DNA of 64,000 nucleotides from Candidatus Binatia bacterium. Lineage in GTDB: Bacteria; Desulfobacterota; Binatia; Bin18. Numbering within the stretch: the stretch's first letter is position 1; each line of letters begins with the position of its first letter. Location: NCBI GenBank assembly GCA_963664395.2, contig OY761159.2:1344001-1408000 (forward strand). The letters are read 5' to 3'. The notes under the pieces were generated by a model. It was not told the origin of the DNA. It worked only from the letters and a program-made list of their open reading frames with translations, and did no database searches. Below are positions 30,666 to 39,853 of this stretch, piece after piece. A program made the translations under genes and the position numbers.

Positions 30666-30941
30666 TCATCCTCCGGCAATAGCAGGCACGATGGACACTT
30701 CGTCGCCCTCTTTCACCGGAGTGTCCAGACCATTGAGGAAACGAATGTCCTCACCATTCACAAAGATATTGACAAAACGACGGACCGCGCCAGCTTCATC
30801 ACACAACCGTTCTTTAATACCAGGAGAATTGTTCTCCATATCATTGACCAACGCCCCAACCGTGGCTCCATCGGCCGAGACTGCTTCCGCACCTCCAGTA
30901 AAGCGGCGCAACGGGGTTGGGATACGTACCTGAGCACTCAT
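30666..30941 (-). CDS. MoaD/ThiS-family ubiquitin-like sulfur carrier, CysO-like
   Basis: VRIPTPLR...[16 protein letters not shown]...SIVPAIAGG with a free C-terminal GG. Confidence 0.92.
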   Translation of the reverse strand: MSAQVRIPTPLRRFTGGAEAVSADGATVGALVNDMENNSPGIKERLCDEAGAVRRFVNIFVNGEDIRFLNGLDTPVKEGDEVSIVPAIAGG

Positions 30942-31039
30942 GTTCACTCCCTCCTGATTCAGAATCACTCGTCTACTCTTTCGAGCTTCTACTGTTACGT
31001 TTTTGCTCCGGTCTGACAATCACCCTGCCTGATTTTCAT

Positions 31040-31813
31040 TCAGACCGGAGTGCAGAGTCTTTCCAACTCATAGGCTTCGGAGTGTAAGCCCGTAATCGTC
31101 CGCGGCGTGCCGCACAGCGGACAGTGCGGGCTGGGGCGCACCCGGACCTCTCGCCAGCGCAGGGCGAGGGCGTCATAGGTCAGCAAGCGGTCGGTCAGGA
31201 GTTCTCCCGTTCCGCTCAGATATTTTACCGCCTCGGCAGCCTGAACACTGCCCAGACTGCCGGCCAGGCTGCCAAGGATACCGGCCTCCTGGCAGGTGGG
31301 ATTCTCATCGGGATGAGGCGGAACCGGGAACAGGCAGCGCAAACACGTCGTCTGATGGGGTAAGACCGTCAATGCCTGACCGTGGAACTGGACAATGCCG
31401 GCGTAAGAGAGTGGTTTGTTGAGCAGCCCGGCACCGTCATTGATCAAAAATTTTGTAGCCACGCCATCCGTTCCGTCAATAATAAAATCATAGCCGGCAA
31501 AGACATCCGCGAGATTGCCCGCATGCAGCCGCTGGTTATAGGTCAGCACCGTTATCGAGGGGTTGAGTTGCTGAATTTTTTCCCTGGCCGAATCGACCTT
31601 TGGCTTTCCTATATCCGGGGTAAAGTGCAAGATTTGCCGTTGCAGGTTTGACAGCTCGACACTGTCCGAATCCACCAGACCAATCGTTCCCACACCCGCG
31701 AGGGCGAGCCCAAATGCGGCCGGAGAGCCAAGTCCGCCAACGCCAACCACCAGGACTTTCCCCTCACGAACGCCGGTGGGAATCGCCGCTTGTGCCGGTT
31801 TCCGCTTCTTCAT
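31040..31813 (-). CDS. moeB: HesA/MoeB/ThiF-family E1-like adenylyltransferase lacking the N-terminal RYSRQ segment
   Basis: VVGVGGLG, DSDSVELSNLQRQ, DGTD, CLRC, PTCQEAG, CPLC. Confidence 0.85.
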   Translation of the reverse strand: MKKRKPAQAAIPTGVREGKVLVVGVGGLGSPAAFGLALAGVGTIGLVDSDSVELSNLQRQILHFTPDIGKPKVDSAREKIQQLNPSITVLTYNQRLHAGNLADVFAGYDFIIDGTDGVATKFLINDGAGLLNKPLSYAGIVQFHGQALTVLPHQTTCLRCLFPVPPHPDENPTCQEAGILGSLAGSLGSVQAAEAVKYLSGTGELLTDRLLTYDALALRWREVRVRPSPHCPLCGTPRTITGLHSEAYELERLCTPV

Positions 31814-31854
31814 TTTCCTGACTCATTTCCTTGGCGTATCCGACAGCGTATGGC

Positions 31855-31884
31855 AAAAAGCCTCTTCCCAACAGGAAAGAGGCT
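31855..31884 (-). terminator. Intrinsic terminator after bamD
   Basis: Minus strand agcctctttcc-tgtt-gggaagaggc followed by ttttt. Confidence 0.75.
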
Positions 31885-31918
31885 CGGCTTCGATCTCTCT
31901 TTGCCCATGCTAAAAGTC

Positions 31919-33418
31919 TTATTCGTCCTCAAACTCGAAATCTATTTCCTCAATATCGATACCTAGAACGGCCCCTCGTCCTGTTCTGACCGCGACATCT
32001 GATCGTTTCACAGAATCAGAAGAGGCTTCGGCCTCATATGTTTCGACTTGCTCAACACCTGACTCAACCGGCTCAACTGCGACAACTTCTTCGTCGCCCT
32101 CGGCCTCTTCTGCCACATCTTCGCTGACTTCAAAGTCGTCGTCTTCAATCATGTCATCGACTGATGCAGTCTCTTCAACACGCGTGCTTGCAGGGCTTGC
32201 AGGGCTTGCAGGGCGGGCATTCTCAGCTTCTTCTTCAGCGCTCAACACGCCAGCGGCTTCAAGCGCTTCAGTATCATCTTCAAGCTCAAAATCATCGGCA
32301 TCGATTTCAAGGGTGAGTATTTCGTCGTCAGAAGGACCACGGCCCTCCCCGGCGGAGGCCTCATTCTCGGCCTGTTCCAATGCTCCGAAGTCGTCTTTAT
32401 CATCCTCGAACTCCAGCGCTTCGATGTCAGCAGACTCAAAGCCTTCTCGCTCTGCTTCCAATGCCTCCAAGTCCACTTCTTGATAGGTGTCGCCCACTTC
32501 GTAGGACCGTTCATCATCTTCAAAGGCGTCATTAAGGGCACGCTCTTCCTGCTCGGTCTCTTTCTCCGCGGCCAGCCTTTCCGTGTCAGCCTCCGTCCGG
32601 GCCAGGCGTTCCCCGTCTTCTTGTTTTTTCAACTCGGAAACAAGCAACAATAATGGATCGACTCCAGCAACAGGGACTCCGTTCGAGCCGACGGCTTCGT
32701 CCTCTTCAACTTGGCCGTCATTGATATTTGCCATGCGGGCGGCCTGCGCCCGGGCCGCCAAATCGGCCAACTCGACATTGCCTTCTTCGCTCAAGATCCG
32801 TTCGAGCCGGCCCAAGGCTTCCGCGGTGGCATCGGTCTCGGAGTATTGCTCAATCAGGCTGCGCAGGCGTGCTTTTGTGGCAGCAACATTACCACGTTTC
32901 TTATTGAAATTCGCAACGAGCAGTTCGTGGCCGGCCAGGGTATCACGGGCAGATTTGCTCTTTTCTTCCGCTTGGAGGACAAAAGCACTTTCCGGATAGC
33001 GGTCTATCACCTCTTGGAAAAATCCGTCTGCCCGGCGCGTCACCGCCTGATCACGATCCATGGAACGGATCTGGCTATAGTTCGTAATCCCAAGAAAATA
33101 CTTGACAAACGGCATATGTCGGCTGGTCGGATACGCCCGCTCAAAATCCTTAAAGGCTCCCGTGGCCTCGGCGTAACTTTCTTCCATAAAAAGCCCATAG
33201 GCCGCTTTGAGCTGGGATTCCTCGGCATACGGGTTGAGCGGATATTGATCCAGCAATTCCTGATACTGCTCGGAAGCCCCCAGATAGTCCTCGTCGGTAA
33301 AAGACTCGGCTGCCTGCTGATAATACTCTTTTGCCGAGGGGCGTCTGAGGGTTGCTGAGCACCCCCACACGCCCAGCAGAACGATGCTCAAACAGAGGAC
33401 CCATATTCGTTCGGACAT
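31919..33418 (-). CDS. bamD: Outer-membrane assembly lipoprotein BamD with a long acidic C-terminal extension
   Basis: Lipobox VWGC; TPR helices LLDQYPLNPYAEES, FERAYPTS, DRDQ, LAGHELLVA. Confidence 0.85.
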   Translation of the reverse strand: MSERIWVLCLSIVLLGVWGCSATLRRPSAKEYYQQAAESFTDEDYLGASEQYQELLDQYPLNPYAEESQLKAAYGLFMEESYAEATGAFKDFERAYPTSRHMPFVKYFLGITNYSQIRSMDRDQAVTRRADGFFQEVIDRYPESAFVLQAEEKSKSARDTLAGHELLVANFNKKRGNVAATKARLRSLIEQYSETDATAEALGRLERILSEEGNVELADLAARAQAARMANINDGQVEEDEAVGSNGVPVAGVDPLLLLVSELKKQEDGERLARTEADTERLAAEKETEQEERALNDAFEDDERSYEVGDTYQEVDLEALEAEREGFESADIEALEFEDDKDDFGALEQAENEASAGEGRGPSDDEILTLEIDADDFELEDDTEALEAAGVLSAEEEAENARPASPASPASTRVEETASVDDMIEDDDFEVSEDVAEEAEGDEEVVAVEPVESGVEQVETYEAEASSDSVKRSDVAVRTGRGAVLGIDIEEIDFEFEDE

Positions 33419-33544
33419 TGTTCTGCACGCTAGAGGATTTCCGCAAGGGTTTCAATGTACCCGGCGTTGAGCGGCGCGCCGGCGAATGGGAGTATGAAAT
33501 ATGTGTGACCGCGGCGCATGGGCGCGGGCTGGCCGCGTTAGCCT

Positions 33545-35647
33545 TCAAATGGCTGCAAACCGGTCGGGCTCTTCCTCGACTGGCATCTGTGCCTCGGACT
33601 GTACCTTTGTAAATTCATACAGGCGTTGCTGAGAACGGACGGGTTGGAGCGGGTCAGGCTCCACCCGCTGGGAGCGTCCATCGGGTAGGATTATGCGGGC
33701 CTTGACCGTATCTGCCAGTTGAATGCTGAGCATTTCAAACAGCTGGTCCTGGATATGGGGGTCAAGGATAGGGAAGGCCACTTCCACTCGGCGGTCCAGA
33801 TTGCGCGGCATCCAGTCGGCGGAGGATAGGAAATACTCGGCCTCGCCATCATTATGAAAATAAAAGATGCGGGCATGTTCGAGGTAGCGATCAATAATAG
33901 AAATCACCCGGATACGTTCGGATATGCCTGGCAGTCCGGGCCGCAGGCAGCAGATGCCACGGATGATGAGATCAATCTCGACGCCCGCCTGACTGGCGGT
34001 ATACAACTCCTCAATCATGGCCGCGTCAACCAGACTGTTGATCTTGGCAATGACTCTGGCGGGTCTCCCCTCCAGGGCGTGTTCCGCTTCGCGCCGAATC
34101 CGCTCGATCATCCCCTCCCGCATACTCGTGGGAGCGACCAGGAGATGGTGAAACGCCTGCGGACGGGTATAGCCGGTTAACAGATTAAACAGATCCGTGA
34201 GATCGTCGCCAAAGGACTCACGGCAGGTAAAGAGACCGAGGTCGCCGTATATGCCACTCGTATTCACGTTATAGTTGCCGGTTGCCAGATGACAGTAGCG
34301 GCGGATACCATCATTCTCACGCCGCACCACCAGACACGCCTTGCAGTGCGTCTTATAGCCAACCAGACCATACACAACATGGGCGCCGACTTCTTCGAGC
34401 GCACGCGCCCAGGTAATATTGGCTTCCTCATCAAAACGGGCTCGGAGCTCGACCAGGACGGCCACTTCCTTGCCCGCTTCTGCGGCCCTGGTGAGCGCGT
34501 GGGCAATAGGCGAAGTCGGGCTGACCCGGTAGAGGGTCATTTTAATGGCAAGGACATTCGGGTCTGTTGCCGCCTCGTCCACAAAACGCGTGACCACATC
34601 GAAAGATTGGTAGGGATGATGCACCAGGATGTCACCCTCCCGAATCGCACTCCACATATCAGGCTTTTGCTCAAAGGCCGGGGTCGGGAGGGGCGTCCAC
34701 GGCTGGTCTTTGTGCTGCGGCAGGTCAACCGCTCCATAGAGTTGAAACAAGTCGGTAAAAGCGGTGAACCCCTCACCGGGATACAGGTCTTCGGGTTGCA
34801 GGTCGAGCTCATCAATAAACATATTGAGGACGCCCTGAGGCAGATCAGGGTCGTATTGCAGCCGCACCGCAGTCCCCATGCGTCGCTCTCGAACGCTCTC
34901 TTCGATACTCGTGAGTAAATCTTCCGTGCGGCCTATCGACAGGGCAGAGTCCGCGTCCCGCGTCACCCGGACGGCATGACACGACAGGATCTCATAGCCA
35001 TGATACGGGCGGGGTAAATACAGCCGAACGACATCTTCAAGCAAGATAAAGATGTGCTTGCCGGGTGGGGCCGGCAGAGCCATAAAGCGGTGGACGACTT
35101 GGCTGGGAACATGGACAACCGCCAGTTTGGTCTGGGGCAGACGGGAGGGCCCGGCGGAGCGCAAGGCAGCGACCAGGCACAGAGACCGATTGCCCAGGTG
35201 GGGAAAGGGATGGCCGGGATCAATCGCCAGCGGCGTGACAACCGGCAGCAAGGTCCGACGAAAGAACTCTTCCAGAAAATGGCTTTGCTCGGCACTCAAC
35301 TCTTCTGGATGGGCAAAATGAATCCCCTCAGCCTCCAACTGCGGCTGGATTGTCTCCAGAAAGCCACGATGTTGTTCCTCGGCCAGCTCATGGACTCGCT
35401 TTGAAATAGCTTTCAGTGTCTGGGCCGGCGTCATTCCATCCGGGCCAGCCTCCAGGTCGCCCTGAGCAATGCGACGCTTGAGCCGCGCCACCCGGATCAT
35501 AAAAAATTCGTCCATATTGGCGCTGAATATGGCCATGAACTTGACCCGTTCGAGCAGGGGTACACTTTCATCGAACGCTTCTTCAAGCACGCGTCGGTTA
35601 AATTCGAGCCAGGACAACTCACGGTTAATGAACGGCTTGTATTCCAT
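33545..35647 (-). CDS. ppk1: Polyphosphate kinase 1
   Basis: FINRELSWLEFNRRVL, HHPYQSF, ELRARFDEEAN, KTHCK, SSADWMPRNLDRRVE. Confidence 0.98.
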   Translation of the reverse strand: MEYKPFINRELSWLEFNRRVLEEAFDESVPLLERVKFMAIFSANMDEFFMIRVARLKRRIAQGDLEAGPDGMTPAQTLKAISKRVHELAEEQHRGFLETIQPQLEAEGIHFAHPEELSAEQSHFLEEFFRRTLLPVVTPLAIDPGHPFPHLGNRSLCLVAALRSAGPSRLPQTKLAVVHVPSQVVHRFMALPAPPGKHIFILLEDVVRLYLPRPYHGYEILSCHAVRVTRDADSALSIGRTEDLLTSIEESVRERRMGTAVRLQYDPDLPQGVLNMFIDELDLQPEDLYPGEGFTAFTDLFQLYGAVDLPQHKDQPWTPLPTPAFEQKPDMWSAIREGDILVHHPYQSFDVVTRFVDEAATDPNVLAIKMTLYRVSPTSPIAHALTRAAEAGKEVAVLVELRARFDEEANITWARALEEVGAHVVYGLVGYKTHCKACLVVRRENDGIRRYCHLATGNYNVNTSGIYGDLGLFTCRESFGDDLTDLFNLLTGYTRPQAFHHLLVAPTSMREGMIERIRREAEHALEGRPARVIAKINSLVDAAMIEELYTASQAGVEIDLIIRGICCLRPGLPGISERIRVISIIDRYLEHARIFYFHNDGEAEYFLSSADWMPRNLDRRVEVAFPILDPHIQDQLFEMLSIQLADTVKARIILPDGRSQRVEPDPLQPVRSQQRLYEFTKVQSEAQMPVEEEPDRFAAI

Positions 35648-35721
35648 TGCGCTTACCGCCGGGTATCGGCACACTCTGAAAATGATACAAGCTCAGAGCG
35701 CTGCATGGCAACCCCGTGAGG

Positions 35722-35827
35722 CGGCAGGAGGAAAGAGGAAGGGGCGCTGCCAGGGCATGTGACCCTGGGGGAGGGAGGTCTGACACCGCACCTAGCAGCG
35801 CCGGGGGGAGGGATAGCGGCTGGTGTC
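35722..35827 (-). ncRNA. Candidate structured RNA or ppk1 leader with two UCCCUCCCCC motifs
   Basis: 12-bp stem 35743-35754/35791-35802; inner GACC/GGUC hairpin with a C-rich loop; second motif at 35804-35813; lies just downstream of a Pho-box array. Confidence 0.45.
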
Positions 35828-35844
35828 TTTCTACTGCCTCTCAC

Positions 35845-35882
35845 GTGACAGCATTGTGACCCTACGGTGAAAAGTGTATGAC
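35845..35882 (-). promoter_or_regulatory. Pho-box array (4 half-sites) oriented toward ppk1
   Basis: Plus strand gtgac, gtgac, gtgaa, atgac at 35845, 35856, 35867, 35878 (exact 11-bp period). Confidence 0.7.
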
Positions 35883-35991
35883 TCCGGAGGCCCATTGTGC
35901 CGCCCCCCTCCAGCCCAACTTGATCCACCCCTGAATCCAACGCTATGGTACGCAGAGCTTCCTCTCACCAACCTCAGTAAGAACACGACGC

Positions 35992-37413
35992 ATGGAAACG
36001 CATACGCCAGATTCAGCAACTTCGGCTGCCTCTCCTCAGGCGCCGGCGCAAGCACCTTCACAAGCACCTTCACAAGCACCTTCATTGGAACATCTCATCA
36101 TTCAGGCTGAGCTGGGTCAGGATGAGATTGTCCGGACGGGGGTCGCAGCCCTCCATCCGGCGGACACGGCAGAGTTGTTGAATGTGTTGGAAGAGCCCGA
36201 GGTGAAGCACAAAGTGTTTGGCTTCCTGGCCGTACCGCAAGCAGCTGAAGTCCTCAGCCTCGTTTCTGCACACACCAAAGACGCGCTGGTCGAACGCTTG
36301 TCGGATGACGGGCTGGGAGATCTGGTCGAATATCTTGACTCTGATGATGCCACTGACTTGCTGGCCTCCTTATCGGCCCGCCGCGCCAGAGCTGTTCTCG
36401 ACGAGGTGCCGCAGGACCTGTCCGACGAGGTAGCGCAACTCTTGCGCTATCCCGAGGATACGGCCGGTGGGATCATGCAGGTCGAATATATGGCGGTGTC
36501 CCAAGGCACGCGTATCGACCAGGCCATTGAGATGATTCGCAGTCGGAGCGATGAAATCCCGGACATCCACATCGTCTTTATCGTGAGTAACACCAATCAC
36601 CTGGTCGGTGTTTTACCTCTCCGAAAATTTATTCTCGCCCGCCCGACTGATCTCGTTGAAACCGTCATGGACCAGCAGGTCATTTCGGTTCGGGCGGATC
36701 TGGACCAGGAACAAGTCGCCCAGATGTTTAAAAAATATGACCTGATTTCTCTGCCCGTGGTCGATAGCGAAGGCCGCTTACTCGGGCGTATTACGGTCGA
36801 TGACGTGGTTGATGTGATGGAAGAGGAGGCGACGGAAGACATTTACAAGCTCGCCGGGCTCGATGAAGAGGAAGAAGTTCTGGACTCACCCTGGCAGTCT
36901 ATCCGTCTGCGGCTGCCCTGGCTGGCACTCAATTTGGTGACCACAACGCTGAGCGCCCTGGTCATTGCCTTTTTCGAGGGGACGATTCAGCAAATTGCCA
37001 TTGCCGCGGCCTTTATGACCATTGTGGCGGCCCAAGGTGGAAATGCCGGCGTGCAAACGCTCACCGTCATCGTGCGGGGTATTGCTTTAGGGGAAGTCCC
37101 CCTGACACAAACCAGGCGCGTGTTGGTCAAGGAATTGACCATAGCGCTGGGCAATGGTCTTGCCCTTGGCTGTGCGGCCGGCATTGTTGCCTACCTGTGG
37201 AAAGGCGATGCCACGCTGGGTGTTGTGCTGGCGCTGGCGCTGCTGATCAACCTGATTATTGCTGCGTTTGTCGGGAGTATGGTCCCACTGACCCTGCGTC
37301 GCCTGGGTATTGATCCGGCAGTGGCCTCAAACGTGTTTGTGACGGCGTGTACCGATATCTGCGGCTTTTTATCTTTTTTGGGTATTTTAACCCTGTTTCT
37401 ACAATTTGCCTGA
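35992..37413 (+). CDS. mgtE: Magnesium transporter MgtE
   Basis: LHPADTAELL, YPEDTAGGIM, CBS pair, RLPWL, QGGNAGVQT, DPAVAS...TACTD. Confidence 0.96.
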   Translation: METHTPDSATSAASPQAPAQAPSQAPSQAPSLEHLIIQAELGQDEIVRTGVAALHPADTAELLNVLEEPEVKHKVFGFLAVPQAAEVLSLVSAHTKDALVERLSDDGLGDLVEYLDSDDATDLLASLSARRARAVLDEVPQDLSDEVAQLLRYPEDTAGGIMQVEYMAVSQGTRIDQAIEMIRSRSDEIPDIHIVFIVSNTNHLVGVLPLRKFILARPTDLVETVMDQQVISVRADLDQEQVAQMFKKYDLISLPVVDSEGRLLGRITVDDVVDVMEEEATEDIYKLAGLDEEEEVLDSPWQSIRLRLPWLALNLVTTTLSALVIAFFEGTIQQIAIAAAFMTIVAAQGGNAGVQTLTVIVRGIALGEVPLTQTRRVLVKELTIALGNGLALGCAAGIVAYLWKGDATLGVVLALALLINLIIAAFVGSMVPLTLRRLGIDPAVASNVFVTACTDICGFLSFLGILTLFLQFA

Positions 37414-37567
37414 CAGTGGCTCTGCCGGTAAGGAAGCCTATGCGTCCCCTATCCCTGCTCGTTGCTATTATCAGTCTTTCTAATAATTGAGATTCGTATA
37501 ATTCAGGTCGAATTATCTTCCCAAACCCGTATATCCATGCTATAGGACCTGCTTTCTTGTTAAATGT

Positions 37568-37647
37568 ATACATAGCTGAGTTCTCCCCGACTCGGCATGT
37601 ATCAAGGCCCGTGGGTTTCCCCTCCTTTTTCCCACGGGCCTTTTTTT
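37568..37647 (+). ncRNA. Candidate two-hairpin sRNA with C-rich loops and intrinsic terminator
   Basis: atacat-a-gctgag-[ttctccccga]-ctcggc-atgtat, then aaggcccgtggg-[tttcccctccttttt]-cccacgggcc-ttttttt. Confidence 0.5.
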
Positions 37648-37733
37648 GTCTCTCGCGGCTGAGCGGTGTGGAGCGGGACAGGCCGCCATGCTGAAGCCAG
37701 CGCCTACTCTTGCAATACTGAGAATATATATAG

Positions 37734-37771
37734 TTCATGCAGATGTCTTTGCTCTGTAACGTCAGTGTCAT
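37734..37771 (+). promoter_or_regulatory. Pho-box array upstream of acr3
   Basis: ttcat, gtctt, gtaac, gtcat at 37734, 37745, 37756, 37767 (11-bp period). Confidence 0.65.
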
Positions 37772-37851
37772 ATTCTTTGGCTTAGGTTACAGGGCTCGAG
37801 TTCTTCCCTTTTGGACTCCGTTTTCTTTCAGGAGCAGGAGAGAGGACACCA

Positions 37852-39081
37852 ATGGCAACCAAACCATCTCCGTTCAAGCCGTCACAGGGGCTGAGTGTTT
37901 TTGAGCGCTACCTCACTGTCTGGGTCCTGCTGTGTATTGCCGTGGGCATCGGTCTTGGGAGTGTCGCGCCAGGTATGGCGACCTTTCTTGACGGGCTGTC
38001 CCTGTATGTCGGAGACGCCCCGGTTGTCTCGATTCCTATTGCGATTTGTTTGTTCTTCATGATGTACCCCATCATGGTCAAAATCGACTTCGCCGAAGTC
38101 ATTCGAGCGGGTCAAAGCGTCCGGCCGGTTGGACTCACCTTGTTTATCAATTGGGCCATCAAACCCTTCAGCATGTATGCGATTGCCGTTCTTTTTCTCG
38201 GGAGCTTCTTTCTCGATGTGATCGGCCCGGAGGCGGTTGACCACGTTAAAATGCCGCTCGGTCTCAATCTGCCGGTTGGGTCGGCTCACGGCTCCGGTAC
38301 CGTCGTGTTGATTGACGGCCTCAAGATGTTGGAGGTGCCGCTGTGGCGCAGCTATCTGGCCGGCTGTATTCTGCTGGGCATCGCGCCGTGTACGGCCATG
38401 GTCCTGGTCTGGGGCTATCTGGCCAAGGGGAATGACAGCCTGACCCTTGTCATGGTCGCTATCAACTCTCTGACCATGCTGGTCCTGTATGGCGTGTTAG
38501 GCGAGGTGCTGCTCGGTATCGGCCGGCTGCCGGTCCCCTGGCAAGCCCTCCTGTTCTCCATTGGCGTATATGTCGCGCTGCCACTGGTGGCGGGCTATTG
38601 CTCCCGTCAGTGGATTATTCGTACCAAAGGCGAACAATGGTTTCGTGAGCGCTTTCTCCACTTTCTCACGCCTGTCACCATTAGCGCGCTCCTCATCACC
38701 CTGGTCCTGCTGTTCTCCCTCAAAGGCGCAATGATTCTGTCCAATCCGCTGATGATAGTCTGGATTGCGATTCCCCTCTTCATTCAAACGGTCTTTGTTT
38801 TCGCGCTGGCGTATGGGCTGGCGAAAGCCCTGGGAATGTCTTACCAAAACGCAGCCCCGACCGCACTCATTGGTGCCTCAAACCATTTCGAGGTTGCCAT
38901 TGCCACGGCAACCATGCTGTTTGGGCTGTCATCCGGAGCCGCCTTGGCAACGGTTGTGGGTGTACTGATTGAGGTCCCGGTTATGTTACTGCTGGTTCGC
39001 TTTTGCCAACGAACCGAGGGCTGGTTTGCAGCGGCCGCTCCCCGACCCACTTCTCAGGAAATGCCGCGTCCGGAAGGATAG
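37852..39081 (+). CDS. acr3: Acr3-family arsenite efflux transporter
   Basis: [60 protein letters not shown]. Confidence 0.95.
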   Translation: MATKPSPFKPSQGLSVFERYLTVWVLLCIAVGIGLGSVAPGMATFLDGLSLYVGDAPVVSIPIAICLFFMMYPIMVKIDFAEVIRAGQSVRPVGLTLFINWAIKPFSMYAIAVLFLGSFFLDVIGPEAVDHVKMPLGLNLPVGSAHGSGTVVLIDGLKMLEVPLWRSYLAGCILLGIAPCTAMVLVWGYLAKGNDSLTLVMVAINSLTMLVLYGVLGEVLLGIGRLPVPWQALLFSIGVYVALPLVAGYCSRQWIIRTKGEQWFRERFLHFLTPVTISALLITLVLLFSLKGAMILSNPLMIVWIAIPLFIQTVFVFALAYGLAKALGMSYQNAAPTALIGASNHFEVAIATATMLFGLSSGAALATVVGVLIEVPVMLLLVRFCQRTEGWFAAAAPRPTSQEMPRPEG

Positions 39082-39157
39082 AGAGCCGGGGAGCAATTTT
39101 CTCAGTCTTTTATGCATTTATACGGCTGTCTTTCGGTCGTAAGGAGGGAACGCACTG

Positions 39158-39571
39158 TTGAAAAAAATTATGGTAGTGGAGGACGAGACCAGTATTGCCC
39201 ATCTGATCGCCTATAATCTGGAGCAAGCCGGCTACTGGGTCGAAACCGCCGAAGATGGAGAGCAAGCCTGCACGCGGGTTGAATCATTTAGGCCCGATCT
39301 GGTGACCTTGGACCTGCTGCTGCCGCTCAAAAGCGGCTGGCAGGTCTTAGCATGTATCCGCCGGCATCCTGATGCACACATCCGTCAGGTGCCGATTATT
39401 GTAGTGAGCGTTCTTGCTTCTCAGAAGCAGCAACAGGAACTGAAACACAACGGCGTGCAACACTGTCTAAGCAAGCCATTTTCTCTTTCCGAACTCTGCC
39501 GGCTGGTCCACCAACAGACCCGCCCTGCTCTTCATAAGCTGATACAGGCCGCGTACCGGACAACCGGCTAG
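39158..39571 (+). CDS. Single-domain response regulator (receiver only)
   Basis: IMVVEDE, PDLVTLDLLLP, SKPF; no output domain. Confidence 0.88.
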   Translation: MKKIMVVEDETSIAHLIAYNLEQAGYWVETAEDGEQACTRVESFRPDLVTLDLLLPLKSGWQVLACIRRHPDAHIRQVPIIVVSVLASQKQQQELKHNGVQHCLSKPFSLSELCRLVHQQTRPALHKLIQAAYRTTG

Positions 39572-39691
39572 CTGCGTCGCTGCATTCGTGCGCATACGTC
39601 CTTTTCGGACCTCCTTGTCGCCCGAAATCCGCCTTGACATTCAGCGTGTTCCATTCCCTCCAGTCAGCTCTCGATATATGCGACCCGGATC

Positions 39692-39730
39692 TTCACACAC
39701 TCATAACGATCCCGTCATTTTCTCGTAACA
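39692..39730 (+). promoter_or_regulatory. Pho-box array upstream of the phosphate porin
   Basis: ttcac, ataac, gtcat, gtaac at 39692, 39703, 39714, 39725. Confidence 0.7.
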
Positions 39731-39853
39731 GCCCGGATTTATCCTGGCCTCTGTCCAGTCCACCTGAGAGGGGGTGATCTACGACCTATAGACGCATCCG
39801 TACCGGAAGGAATGCAGAGAAAGAATTCAATCTATGAGGAGGAGAAACACGAT

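Noticed and set aside
35720-35880. RNase P RNA (GGAGGAAAG start)
   Set aside because: Continues as AGG rather than TCC, and the other conserved rnpB regions are absent
37256-37771. 171-aa minus-strand ORF between mgtE and acr3
   Set aside because: No motifs; overlaps the mgtE end, the terminator and the Pho array
39105-39143. Fifth Pho box before the lone receiver
   Set aside because: tttat, gtctt, gtaag are 11 bp apart but poor matches and overlap the RBS
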